A stretch of 64,000 bases of DNA, from NCBI RefSeq assembly GCF_006345805.1, contig NC_043002.1:50778001-50842000 (forward strand), in the 5' to 3' direction. Below, piece by piece: positions 49,111 through 63,193 of this stretch. Numbering within the stretch: the stretch's first letter is position 1; each line of letters starts with the position of its first letter. A program made the translations under genes and the position numbers. This stretch comes from Octopus sinensis (taxonomy: Eukaryota). The notes beneath the pieces are model-generated. The model was not told the origin of the DNA, did not search any database, and saw only the letters and a list, made by a program, of their open reading frames with translations.

Positions 49111-49440
49111 TCCTTGATGCTGCTGGGCCTTTCTTCCTGCCAACACTTAGCAGTTTTAAAGTCGGAACCAGTTCGCATTTTCTCATCCCACTTTCTAGAC
49201 TTGCTGGTCTGAGCAGTGGCTCACCAGGCTAATACGGCTGTAGGGATTCTAACATGGGGTGGCCTTTTCCTAGGTGGCTCCACCTATTACGGGGCTGGTG
49301 AGCTCCACCTACCACGGAGTTGCCGGAAGGGTGCCAAAGAGGGCACCGGTCCTCCAGAGGGTCTCTTCTCCTCGATTTGTTTTCGAGGTTGATTCCCTGA
49401 ACCTTTTTTTCTTTCCCAAGCACTCGTAAGGCAGTGAGAC
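49090..49440 (-). mobile_element. GC-rich structured fragment resembling an RTE-like LINE 5' region
   Basis: Minus strand has CCTCGAAAACAAATCGAGG and GGTGCCCTCTTTGGCACC hairpins and CCTTCCGGCAACTCC, reminiscent of RTE 5' regions as I recall them. No ORF motif supports it. Confidence 0.35.
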
Positions 49441-49834
49441 AATAACATAGACGCTTGTAATTTTATCCAAAGATTAAAAGCGAACAATTCCTGAACAAAG
49501 CGCTAAGTACACGAAACAGAATTCATTATCGCTTCTTAACGTAGTGTCAGTGACTTCAACGTTCCGCTAACTGTGGCGACAAATGAATGTTTGATGAAAG
49601 CCAGCTTAGTCTTGAGATTATCTTCCTTAAATCATAAGATTATCTTCATTTCAGAAGTAGAGCTGGCCTGTATTATGATTTGATACATCCCCTAGAGGCA
49701 GATTTCATTTAAGTAAAGCAAAAATTCGTGTTGTATGTCACTTGTAATACTGGTATTTGTCTGTATTTTACACACAGACACACACGTCCACACACACTCT
49801 TACAAACACGCACACACGTCCAAACACACACACA

Positions 49835-50042
49835 CGAGGAATGCTGAGAAGTTCCTGGCTTTAAGGGTATCGCGAAAGGTCTTGTTGGCTGCTCAACATT
49901 ACGAGTTCTTTTACATGACTTAAGAACCGCTGTAATAACTGTGTGAATCTGGGAGGGGAATATACTGAATAAAGTCATAATTAACTGATCCTCCTGAATT
50001 TTCTTCTATCCAAAAACCAGTAACTTTTCAAGATCCCTCTCG
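49835..50042 (+). mobile_element. Mariner-derived MITE
   Basis: CGAGGAATGCTGAGAAGTTCCTGG versus the right end AACCAGTAACTTTTCAAGATCCCTCTCG|TA. Internal LKNRCNNCVNLGGEYTE* matches the mariner C-terminal pattern. Confidence 0.75.
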
Positions 50043-50473
50043 TATATATTGGAAACGATTGGATTGCCTATGTTGAGTCCACTGCAGGACGAAAGTCCGA
50101 GCATGTTCTCTTCACCAACGACATTCTGTTGTGGAGGACGTGAATTTCAGTTTGATATCATATTAGTTTGATGATCTCACTCTGCCATGCTGGCAGATGT
50201 AGCTTGGCAGAGGGGCACAGTTTTATACTATTGCCCAAGATTAGTTAAATAGATTACATCGACCCCAGTGCTCATGTGTGTGTGTATGTGTGTGTGTGTG
50301 TGTATGCATGTGTATGTTTGTACATATTACGCGCGCGCACGCACACACACACACACATGCGTAAATATGCATACCTAATCAACTTAGGAATATTAGTTGC
50401 TGAAAAGGCTGAAATGAAATTTTCAATATATGTTAATAATGAAGAACAAACAAGAGCGAGCGAGAAAGTGAGT

Positions 50474-50598
<125 letters not shown>

Positions 50599-52057
50599 AT
50601 TCGTGTTGAAAATGTGATTAATGGGTAGAAAAACGAAACACTGTCTAATAGAAGATGAAATTTCATAAAAACTGAGCGTTGAGTATGAGAAAGAGAAATA
50701 TACAAGTGATTATATCTGTTATAAGAAAACAATGAAATAATGAAATAAAGTGTCTAAATTTGCAACTAATATTATACCGATAACCAGCTAAAAACCCGGT
50801 ATGGAAGACGAAAAATTGGCATGAAATACTAAATAATGAATTAGTTTATCCTAATATCTAAACAAAAATGGCGGTGCCCCAGCATGGCCACAGCTCATTA
50901 GCTGAAACTGGAAAAATCAAAATCATCAAAATCAAAAAGTTATGTTAAAAATAAAATTTTATTTAGCTTTAAATGACTAAATAACATTCACTTGAAAATT
51001 CAGCCTTCATATACTTTCATGGGATATGTATAAAATTTGTAGTTTGATTAATATTTAATTTAAATTAAAAATACAACATATGTATTAATAAAATTTATGC
51101 CTGTATGCTTGGAAATAAGAGTGTTTATAAGCAGGCACAGTCTTAGCTGTGTGGTTAAGACGTTCGGTAGGCAACCATTTGGTTTCGGGTCCAGTTCCAG
51201 TGCATACTACTTCTTACATCATTGACATGCCCGACACATACGTTTCGATTTCCATAGACAGGCAAATATTTCTTGCCACTTCCTCTTTTAAAGGGCCCTT
51301 TCTGAACTCGTATGCTGTATCTGATACAGACGTGATCTAAACTCTTACTAAAGGGCTAAATTATGTACAAATTTTTACCATTATAGTAAAAAGCTATCTG
51401 CAAAGAAAGAAATACATAAACCAAAATACGGAAACGCAAAACTTAATACGAATTTTACCGTAAGTATTGCAACGGTACCTTCAAAATGATCATTTAAAAA
51501 TGTGAAAAGGTTTCTTTTCCAGCCTAATAAATCGACAATGGTATAAGAAGCAGCATACAATTTATCTTCAACGAAGGCAACCGCAGTCTGAGATTCGAAC
51601 CGAGATGCTGAAGTAAGACATTTACTTAATAAATTTTTACCATTTCTACTATTCCATCTTCAGAATGTTTCGGAACAAACCATTATGTAAGTACATAATA
51701 GTATGCTATCGAGCGGAGATTGAAAATCGATAGAGAGAAAAAAAGTAAAAAAAACAAAAAAACAGTAAAAATCTACTCTCATGCTATAGGAACACGAAGC
51801 GCAGTAGAACAAGAGTTTAATATGCGAAGTGATACAACTCTGGCACTTCACCATCTATGCAACTGTTGGTAATACTATTTTGCAGCTTCAGTAATCTGTA
51901 GAGAATTAAAAAAATGAGTATATGATAAATAAAGGAGACAAGGTTCAATAGTAACAACTAATAGACTACTGTTGTTTTTTCCTTCTTGATTTAAGTGGAG
52001 AGTGTGTAAGAGTAACAATTGTATATGGACATACAATATATATAAATTTATATATAA

Positions 52058-52095
<38 letters not shown>

Positions 52096-52249
52096 GTGTA
52101 TGAGTGTGTGCGCGCCCAGGCACGCTGTGTATATATGTATGTATGTGTATATACAGTTATATATATATACATGTGTGTGTATGTTTGTGTATATTATATA
52201 TTTCGGTAAGTATTATACGTGTGTGCGTTTTGCATTAATATATCATAGA

Positions 52250-52573
52250 TCAAAACATATTAATGTCTATTAAATACAACCCGATATCTAGATATATATA
52301 CACACATACACACATACATACATACATACATGCATACATACATACATACATACATACATACACACATATACATACATACATACATACATACATACATACA
52401 TACATACATACATACTTGTGTGTGTGTGTGTGCATATATATTTTTCAGGCGTATATACTTACACACATTATATGCATATGTCTATACCTATGTGTTTGTG
52501 AGTACGTGTGAATGTGTGAGCGTATCAGCGTGCAAGAGAGAGGAGAGAGAGAGAGAGAAACAGAGACAGAATA

Positions 52574-52642
<69 letters not shown>

Positions 52643-53250
52643 TGTGTGTGTGTCTGTGTGCGTGTGTTTGTGTATACATACTTTCACATAATATGTGTGT
52701 TTGCAGGAAAATGGACGCTATCTGGTTTTGAAGGTTTAATTTACAAACTCCTGACATGCTTTTGCTTTTTGTGATGTCCTCGGCTTCATTCCAGTCTACG
52801 AGTAATAAACCTCCCCACCATATATATATATATATGTGTGTGTGTGTTTGTATGCATATATCAGATTTCTGTGTATTTACGTACACGTCCTTTAAGCCAG
52901 AGTGTATGCACGAGTATGCATAAAATGGCGGATGAAAAAAAATGACTACGCATTTCTACATTCGTATGTATGAACATAAATATGGCTGTACGGAAAAGGA
53001 ATGTAGACATGTGACAAATAGTGTGTCGATTAGCTTTCATATTAGTTGGAACACAGTCAGAAGTTAACTGCATGTTCGTTTAGAAAAATTACAGTTGAGA
53101 TAATAAACGCTTTGTTAGATACTTTCATCCACATCTGGCTAAATCTCTTGCTTTAGAGATATATTTTTTTCATGGCACACAAATGTACCGACCAATGCCA
53201 TCAACACAACATACGTACGTACACACATGTATATATACATTTGTATGCGG

Positions 53251-53293
<43 letters not shown>

Positions 53294-53334
53294 CACATAC
53301 ATTTATGTATGCATATATATATTTAATACATTTC

Positions 53335-53383
<49 letters not shown>

Positions 53384-53488
53384 ATATATATGCATATCTA
53401 TTGTTGTATATATATATGAATATATATATATAGACACACACATATATATAAATGTATGTATATGAATGTGTGTACATTCATATACATG

Positions 53489-53530
<42 letters not shown>

Positions 53531-53790
53531 CATATATACATATATATATATATATGTACATATATATACTTGTCTATCCATACATCTATTTCACTATCTC
53601 TATATTCGTGTATATAGGTGTGTGCGTGTGTGTGTATGTATAAATAGATATATATGTATGAATAAATATATATACTTGTATATATATATGTATGTATATA
53701 TATGTTTGTATTTATGTATGCATACATGAGTATATAAGAGTATATTTGTGTGTATGTGTGTATGGGTATATACATACATACATACATACA

Positions 53791-53826
<36 letters not shown>

Positions 53827-54324
53827 TATTTATATACATGTTCTATGAATGTACTTGTATGTTTGTGTACGTGTGTCAGTGCGACTGTGTCTAAACATAT
53901 TTATGCATAAAACAAGCATCTGGAAATTTGTATACATTCGTATGCCCCCTTGTACATATCTATTACAGTAAAAAATATTATACAGGTCTACACTGAGTGC
54001 ATGATGGATATATTTACAAATATATTTCAGGACTGCATACAGAAACACATATATATGTGAGTTCGAATCTATCGTTACGCGTGCATCTCGGGACCTGAGT
54101 TAGTTTATTGTTATATAACCTATAATGTAATGCCCTTTGATCATATATGCTATATAATTGTCAATTCTGTGTATGTCCTTATAACTTTGTAATAAGTGTG
54201 AAACACGATAATTGCGTTTGCGTATAATATTGTCTGATATATTTCGTATATAATATATCTCTGATTTTAAGCACTGCGTATAGCAACCTATATTACATGT
54301 ATATATAGGTGTACATATACACGG

Positions 54325-54420
<96 letters not shown>

Positions 54421-54465
54421 TATAGATACTATATTATAGATATACATATATATATAGATATATAG

Positions 54466-54505
<40 letters not shown>

Positions 54506-54813
54506 AATATGTGTATGTGTGTATATATACATACACACACACATTGCCATACAATACATATATATATATATAAACATGTATATGTATGTAATAGTGTGTA
54601 TGTGTATATATATACACACATATATACTTATACAGAGGCGCATGCACACACACACAACACACACGTACACCCACCCACCCACACCCACACCCACACCCAC
54701 ACCCACACCCACACACAGGCACACACACACACACACATATATATATACTCAGACAGTATATATATATATGCGAATGAGACAGAGAGATTAATAGATAGAT
54801 ATATAAATAGTTT

Positions 54814-54893
<80 letters not shown>

Positions 54894-54905
54894 GATAGAT
54901 AGATA
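52250..54905. repeat. Dense field of (TA)n, (TACA)n, (TG)n and (GATA)n microsatellites with short unique spacers
   Basis: Direct reading; accounts for nearly all ORFs listed in this interval. Confidence 0.85.
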
Positions 54906-55245
54906 CCCAGAAGCCCATACATATCTTACGTTAAAATTATTTGCCATATCATTTCAAAGAGGCCCCATTAAGCAGATTAAAGGGAGATCATCACCTAGAT
55001 CTTTTAAGTAATAGCCATACTGATTATTTTGCATTAGGTTGGAAACTTCAGTGATATACCCCCTATTACATTCGTCTTATTGAGTAGATATGGCAGTAGT
55101 TATAGATAAAGAAGCGATTGATTTAGTGCCCGGTATGAATGTGCCATCATTGATGGTTTTCATCACATATGATGCATTGCTGGCTGGGTTCATTAGCGGA
55201 GTTTATATACGCTCACACATATCTATCTATCTATCTATCTTTCTA

Positions 55246-55304
<59 letters not shown>

Positions 55305-55803
55305 GTGTGTATGTGTATACATACATATATACATATATAAATTACATGTATATATATCTACATACATATGTATGTATGTATATATATATATATATATATA
55401 TATTCCATATATGTCGCTTCAAATACATCCCTTGCCGTATGTAGTTGCGTAGTCTTGCATCTAAGTTTCATATTAACACCGCGCTTTCAATATTTCCGTT
55501 TTCTTCTACCACTGTTTCGATTAAGAATAAAATGAAGAGCTATATATTGGCAGTTACTACTCAAATTTGTAAGTTTTTTTTTCTCTGTGTTCAGGCTTAC
55601 CATTAATATATTTAAAGCGAATTCGTTAGAGCTTCGGGTAAGATATCTTGTTCTATTGTTTCTGGTTTTTCTTTCCGTGTTCAAATACGACTGAATTTAC
55701 GTTACCTTTTATCATTCCGATGTCGATAAAGTAAGATGTTTAGGAAGGTGGGGCATCTTCTGTAAATTTTAGGTCTTGACCTATGCTAGAAAATATTGTT
55801 ACA

Positions 55804-55855
<52 letters not shown>

Positions 55856-56416
55856 GTGACTGAGAGAGCAGTGCATGCCATCAAAGTGACGCTGGGGTAA
55901 AATATGCGAAGTCCAGGATACCCATCATGACTACCCGTCTGACAAGGGTACACTAGGCACATGCATCACAACCATATGTGCGCGACATGGTGATCTCATA
56001 TCAAGATAAAAAGCGCATGATCTTACAGGTGGGGCGCAGTTAGAATTTTCTTCTGGTCGAGTAGCCCATTCCGCTCAAAAGGTCCCTGAATAAGGATTGT
56101 TTAAGGATGTTGAACGAAACACCCATGTTTCCGAAGGTAAATTATCCAAACCTCAAAGAATTCCTTTCAACCCACGGATATGATGCTCCCCCACTACTTC
56201 TGCTCATGATCAGAGAAGCACATATCGTCAGCCACTAAGGGACATGGTCAACTGGCTAAGGTCAAACAACTGACAAGCAAATCTGTGGTATTGAGCAGAA
56301 TATTTGCTGTAGCCCATCTTTTATACCAAGACATAACAATGTACATGATAACACTTCCAATCAGTTAAGATCAGAAGCCATTGAGAGCCACTGACTGGTA
56401 CTGCATCAGGGCATTT
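55856..56416 (-). mobile_element. About 560-bp non-coding element embedded in (TTA)n, directly downstream of a Dong-like LINE
   Basis: (TTA)n lies on both sides. A second copy at 21584-21967 is in the same context. No ORF. Confidence 0.8.
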
Positions 56417-56435
56417 ATTATTATTATTATTATTA

Positions 56436-57920
56436 CTTTTTTTTCTTCTTTCAAATTTGCTTCCATTTCTTGCCGAGTGTCTTCCCGACTCCTAGGGCAA
56501 GAAACTCATAGTATACATTGGTAGGCCATTAAACCAAACTCAGTAGTTCGTTCATTTTTTTTTTTTAAGTTAAATTAAAATACATGAGCAGCAACAGTCT
56601 CACATCAACAATGCTCTTCTCAATACGTGTGATGTACCAGTTAAGACAATCTTTTGCACTTCTTGCAGGGATGGTAAGCCAGGGATCATTCTCATATAAT
56701 TTCGGTTCCCTTCTTGATCATTCCTAGTGCTCCTACGATCAGTGGGATTGTAAACCGCCTTGAGATGCCACATTTTCTCAATTTCAATGAGTAGGTCTTT
56801 ATATTTTCTGAGCTTGTCAAACTCTTTCGCTGAGATATTATGATCACAGGGGATGCTCATGTCGATCAATAAGCAAACTTTATTGTTTAGTCTTCACAAC
56901 AATATCTGGTTTATTGGCCTTGATGGTTCGGTCTGTATGTACTGGAAAGTCCCACAGACTGGTTACATTTTCTCCTTCAGTTACAGCCTCAGGGTGTATA
57001 CCACTTTGTCGGCAGTTTTGATATTGCAATGCCGACTTATTAGCCAGTGTAGATATTGGCCAACTCTGTCATGTCTTAATTATACTCCACTGGTGCTAAG
57101 ACTTTACATCCAGAGAATAGGTGGTCCATGTTTCAATCATGTCGTTGCAGAATCGGCATTTGGGTCTGCTCCATTTTTCATCACATTGGCCTGGTTAGTT
57201 CCGGGTTAATAGGCTTTCATCTTGAGCAGCCAGGATGAAACCTTCGCTCTCTGCTTTTAGCCCTAAGCTCCGTAGCCACTGATGGGTTTGCTTGGTGTCA
57301 AATCAGCTTGTGCTGCGGGACACATATTTGCCGTGCAGAGGTTTCTCCTCCCACCTATCAGCCAATTGCTCGTGCGCTTTTTTCATTGCCATCATTTTCA
57401 CCTTCTTTGCAACAATAGTTGCCGTACTTCCCTCGGGTTGTTCAGTTTGGGTATCTGCACGAGATCAATAGCAAATTTTGCTTTCCTTTATGATAGAATG
57501 AAGCTTCTTTCGTCTCTCGTGATTTTCCACGAGCTTAGCATCCAGTCATTCGATATTTCGAGAATTTGGCCAGTCCAATTGTGGTTGTTTGTAAGCTAGT
57601 TCAAATTGGATCAGGCTCGACCTCCTTGGGCTCTGGGAAGGTAAAGGCGATCTACGTCTGCCTGGTGGTGCATCCTATTACAACTCAGCAGCTTGCGTAT
57701 TTTTCTATCTATATTCTTTACTTCACTCATATTCCAGTTCAACACATTGTAGCTATAAGTAACAACTGGAACTGCTAATGAATTTATAGCTAACACCTTG
57801 TTACGTGCATTTAGTTCAGATTTCAGGACTGCACGAACTCTCCTATAACATTCCTTCCTGATTTTCTCTTTCATGCTTGCATGCTGAATACCAGAGCCTT
57901 CATTTATCCCTAAATATATA
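56436..57920 (-). mobile_element. R4/Dong-like LINE of a different subfamily, 5'-truncated
   Basis: YLGINEGSGIQHASMKEKIRKECYRRVRAVLKSELNARNK...DVDRLYLPRAQGGR, LKAESEGFILAAQDESL, IDMSIPCDHNISAKEFDKLRKYKDL...HVLRRALLM*. Both ends lie in (TTA)n. Confidence 0.9.
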
Positions 57921-57969
57921 TATATATTTATTATTATTATTATTTATTATTATTATTATTATCGTTACG

Positions 57970-58196
57970 TAAGCCTTGAGCTAGCAGAAACGTTAGCCAG
58001 CCGAACAAAACGTTTAACGGCATTTCGTCCGTCTTTACTTTCTGAGTTCAAATGCCGCCATGGTCGACTTTACCTTTAATCTCTTCGGGGTCGATAAAAC
58101 AAGTACTAGTTGTGGATTTGGGTCGATGTAATCGACTATCTCCCTCCCCCAACTTCCAGGCCTTGTGCCTATAGTAGAAACGATTATTATTATCAC

Positions 58197-58265
<69 letters not shown>

Positions 58266-58378
58266 TATTAATGTATAAGCCGGTGAGCTGGCAGAATCAT
58301 TACCAAACCGTACAAAATGTTTTGCGGCATTTTATCCATCTTTACGATTTGAGTTCAAATTCCACCGAGTTCGACATT
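57970..58378 (+). mobile_element. Family B SINE (57970-58185) plus a second head (58280-58378), separated by (ATT)n
   Basis: GAGCTAGCAGAAACGTTAGC...GAGTTCAAATGCCGCC...GGCCTTGTGCCTATAGTAGAAACG; then GAGCTGGCAGAATCATTA...GAGTTCAAATTCCACC. Confidence 0.85.
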
Positions 58379-58794
58379 TGTTCGAGGCTCTGTCAATTCT
58401 GCTAACTGCCTTCTTCGCAACAGCAGCAATATTAACTTAATTTATAGTCTTTAGTAATCTTGTCACAATAATTTCAATCGTGGAGGAATCTACTGCTGAA
58501 GTACCAAGACCACCGATTCTCTTTGCTCTAAATGTCGAGCGTTTGTGTTCATTTATGAGAAATCAATATTATAGTTTTAGATAAATACTATACATGCAAC
58601 CATGTTGTTCCGATGATGTGAAGAGCTAACTTTCTTTATTGCATTAATTTGTTAGCATACAGTTGTATTCTATAAAAACATTTATTCTACATAATCACGT
58701 ACGTATAATTTCTTGCATACTGAAATTATATGGAAAAGGTAGCGAAACGGCTGTACTCCTATGGAAGTCACGTGGATAAATGAATATATGATCA

Positions 58795-59157
58795 CCTCCT
58801 AAATCTCTTTTCCTTAAGTGCTGACCGAAGCTCTATGAGTGTATGTGGTAGACGGAAACTGATAGAAGCCAGTCGTATACCTGTATCTATGTTTATACAT
58901 ACATACAAACATACATACATGTCTGTATGTGTGTGTGTGTGTCGTTGGTTTATTCTTGTCCCCCTACAACCGCTTGACCTGGTGCTGGTGTGTATACGTC
59001 CCCGTAACTTAGCAGTTTCACCATAAGAGACCGATAGAATAACTACCAGGCTTTTGAAATATAAGTACAGGGTCGATGCATTCCACATTAAATTCTCCAA
59101 TACACTGCCCCAGCATGACCGCAATCCTGAAACCGAGACAAGTAAAAAATAAAGATG
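58795..59157 (+). mobile_element. Family A SINE lacking the tRNA head
   Basis: GGTAGACGGAAACTGATAGAAGCC, then a microsatellite, then CGCTTGACC...CGTCCCGTAACTTAGC...AAGTAAAAAATAAAGA. Confidence 0.8.
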
Positions 59158-59569
59158 AACGATATCACATTGCACCATAAAGCAACATTTTCCCTTGATT
59201 TTTTTTAATTAGAAATTTATTTGCAATGTCGGACACTTTAGAGGAGATCAAAGTTACAATAGTTTAAAACATAACTCATAATTTCATTGGTATACATTTA
59301 GTTTATGCAGAAAGATTGAAAGCAAAATGGACTCACAATTGAGATTGATCTCCTACGGTTAAAACTCAGAAATAACTGCTGTAAAGAATGCGTGTTGATG
59401 TCACTCTACAATCCACAACTCTAACAAAATAAACGCAATAATGGCGATATGAAGAATATCAACGGCAATAGGAAAAAAAATATAAGCGTAAATCAAAGCA
59501 ACATCTTAACCATAATCGTCATAACAAACCAAAGTAACAAGATCAAAAACAATAACAAAAACAATAAAA

Positions 59570-59570
59570 C

Positions 59571-59603
<33 letters not shown>

Positions 59604-59626
59604 TAATAATAATAACAATAATAATA

Positions 59627-59707
<81 letters not shown>

Positions 59708-59780
59708 ATGATGATGATGATGATGATTATGATGATGATGATGATCAGGAGGAGGATGATAATAATAATAATGATATTAA
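59570..59780. repeat. (AAT)n-(GAT)n compound microsatellite
   Basis: Direct reading. Confidence 0.95.
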
Positions 59781-59944
59781 TAATGTAGACGCTTGCGTCC
59801 ATCTCGTTTCTTTCCCTTTTTATTCCGACCATTAATTTAACTATTCAATTAATGTCAGATGTTTCGTTTCTATTTCGGAAACTCAATGGAGTGTATTTTA
59901 ATAGTAAAGCTGAGCAGTCAGTGAAACACACACACTCACGCGCG

Positions 59945-60011
<67 letters not shown>

Positions 60012-60607
60012 CGACAGATATATATCTACATATATATACATATATATACACGCATCAATATATATACATATATATACATACATACATACATACATACATA
60101 CATACATACTTATATATATATATATATATACATGCATATATTCACATATGCATATTCACATAAGATTTATGCAAATCTCATTATGTATATTTATCAATGC
60201 GTTTACACATAAAATTATATATGTGAGCAATTGTATGTATACGGTTACATACATATATATTTGTGTATATATATATGTGTGTGTGTGTGTGCGCGCGCCC
60301 GCTTGCGTACACACACATACGCATACATATATATGTGTGTGTGCGTGTGTACACACACACACACATAGCGAAACGCACAAACTTTGTCGACAAACTGTCG
60401 AGCCATTCTCGTCTCAAGTTTTCCTTTTAGTCATTTCATAAAAATTGCTTATACACACACATTTCTTCGCGCCATTATATATTTGTAATCGTTTTATATA
60501 TGCATTTGTACTTATATAAGCGCTATCATATATTCCTGTCTTTCTGATTTTCTCTTCGTTTTCTTAAACTCTCTTCGTAAGTTGCTTTTTCTTTTTTTCA
60601 TTTTCAG

Positions 60608-60775
60608 GCTGATATTTGTTGTTTTTGGATTTTCGCTTCTATTTTGTGTTGAAGTGATTCGCTTCAATAGTCTCAAGCGGTGCTTTAAAAAAAAGAAAGT
60701 TCAGCTGCTCTGTCCGCCATTTACATGAAGACCTTCCAGGAAAATGTCGGCGGCCACGAATTGCAGACAAGCAAG
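60608..60775 (+). other. Candidate spliced exon of an unidentified host gene
   Basis: About 75-nt pyrimidine-rich tract ending TTTTCAG| at 60607; donor AAG|GTGAAT at 60776; unique, GC-richer sequence between microsatellites. No recognisable protein. Confidence 0.4.
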
Positions 60776-60817
60776 GTGAATGTTTGAGGGGTAGTGGTGT
60801 TGGCGACGTGGGTCAAA

Positions 60818-60854
<37 letters not shown>

Positions 60855-60936
60855 GTATATATATATGTTATGTATCATGTAATATATATGTATATGTATT
60901 ATTATAATATATATATAATTATATATATATATATAT

Positions 60937-60975
<39 letters not shown>

Positions 60976-61268
60976 TGTATATGCGTATGTTTGTGTGTAT
61001 GTGTGTTATTTACTTATACAGGAGTTTGTGTTCGTTTGAGTGTATTTGTGAATGTGGGCATACATTTATGTGAGATATGCTCGTGTGTGTATATGTGTGC
61101 GTGTGTGTGTGTACATTTACATGTAAAAATATATACATATATATATATATATACACAACACAGATACACACACGCGCACACACACAACCACATACACACA
61201 CACATATATTCATAAGTGTTGGTAGATAGACAGCTAGATAGAGAGATAAATAGATAGACAGATAGATG

Positions 61269-61322
<54 letters not shown>

Positions 61323-61500
61323 CATGTAGTTATATATATCCGTAAGAAGTTACGTTGATGCTTATGTATTTTAGTTTGAATACGACCATGTGTGAGTGTG
61401 AGTGCGCGTTGTGTGTTATGTATGTGTATGTGTTCGTGCGCTTGTGTGCATGTGTTTGGTCGCCTATGTATTCGAGGATATAGGTGTGTGCTTCTTCCAG

Positions 61501-61551
61501 GCTGGAGACAAATTGTGGAAGCGAAGATAAGATAATCTATGATACTTAATG
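61501..61551 (+). other. Candidate 51-nt exon ending in ATG
   Basis: Acceptor CTTCTTCCAG| and consensus donor ATG|GTAAGT. Stops in all three frames, so it would be UTR-like or non-coding. Confidence 0.35.
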
Positions 61552-61976
61552 GTAAGTCGTTTTCTTACGATTATTAGTTTATTGGTCATGTTATTGGCGT
61601 TACTATCATTGTTGTTGTTTTTGGTTGTTTTTGTGTGGCGGTAATGGTGGCGGTGATGGTAATTGTGATGGTGGTGGCAGCTGTGACGGTGGTAGTGGTG
61701 GTGGTGGTGGTCGTCGTCGTCGTGTTCGTGGTAGCGGTTGCTGGTGTTGATATCTACGATAGTGTTGGCAATATGACAGTTAAGAAGGTTCTGGGGAAAA
61801 TCAGAGATTCGCAAATGGCCGTTCCAAGCAAGCGTAACTTAAAACGAACCGGAGGGTGAAATGTCAGCAACAAACACACTAAATTTGCAGTCGGACACTA
61901 CCTCTCCTTCTTTCCCTCGCCTTCTTCTTCTTTAATATTCTCTCCCTCAGTCACTGTCTGTCTGTCTATCTATCTG

Positions 61977-62019
<43 letters not shown>

Positions 62020-62539
62020 ACTGTGTATCTCTTTATCACTTTCACTACCTTCATCTCACTGTGTCTCCTTTGCTCTTCTATTCCGCTCTTTACTTTCTTT
62101 TTTCATTCTTTTTCACTTTTCTCTTCCTTCTTGCATTCATTTTTCTTTCGATTTTTCACACTGATTAATGAACACAGACATACCTACATACCATGTGTGT
62201 GTGTGTGTGTGTATCTGTATGCATTATATACATATATATATATGTAACTATATGTATGTATATATAAATATATATATATCGTCGTCATATATTTACAAAT
62301 ATATACGTGTGTATGTGTGTGTTTGTGTGCGTAGGTGATATACAGATACATTCATATATATATATAATATATATTATATATATATATATAATAATATAAT
62401 ATATATTATATTATATATATATATAATAATACATACATATATATAATATATATATATATATATATAATACATACATATATATATATACATATATACATAT
62501 ATATATTTGTTCTCTTATATATACATACGCACACATATA

Positions 62540-62690
62540 CTCTTTTACTCGTTTCAATCATTTGACTGCGGTCATGCTGGAGCACCGCCTTATTCTATCA
62601 ATCTAATTTGCTGAACAACTAAGTTACAGGGACACAACAACATCGGCTGACAAACGAGGATGGGGTGGGTGGGGGAAACACAGACACATA
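62540..62690 (-). mobile_element. Family A SINE 3' half
   Basis: CTCTTTTACTCGTTTCAATCATTTGACTGCGGTCATGCTGGAGCACCGCC is the reverse complement of the family A tail. Confidence 0.8.
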
Positions 62691-63193
62691 AATATATACA
62701 CACACACTCACATATATATACATATAATTTTGTAATTATGTAATTTTTGTAAATATATCTGTTAAAATGAGATATCAGTGGTATTTACATATATATATAT
62801 GTGTGTGTTGTGTGTGTGTGTGTGTGTCTGTGTGTATATATATACACTACACCGCATGCATATAGGCCGGTGTATATGATGCATATTAACTTATAAACAC
62901 AGTTTCGTTACTTATCAGAATACGCGCGCGTGCACACACACACACACACACAAGCACACACAAACATATACACGATTTAGCATAGAAGAACCCGTATATT
63001 TGTATGAATGAGTCTACATCTTTACGTTGACCTACCTCCTTTAATTCTGTGTTATATTCCTACACCATTAGAACAGTTTAGCTTTATTTCTAGCAATGTA
63101 GGTGTTTTTTATCACCCTAGTCACATTTAGTGACATATATATATATATGTGTGTGTTTGTTTGTGCGTGTGTGTATGTTTGTGTGTGTGTGTA

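Noticed and set aside
50070-50097. TGTTGA-GTCC-ACTGCA-GGAC-GAAA-GTC, hammerhead-like
   Set aside because: Two core mismatches, no helix III and no helix I pairing. A motif of this size is plausible by chance in 128 kb of two-strand sequence.
56390-56415. Minus-strand CCTGATGCAGTACCAG resembling U2 snRNA stem-loop IV
   Set aside because: Only a short match, the stem is not kept in the second copy (21945-21967), and no other U2 sequence is present.
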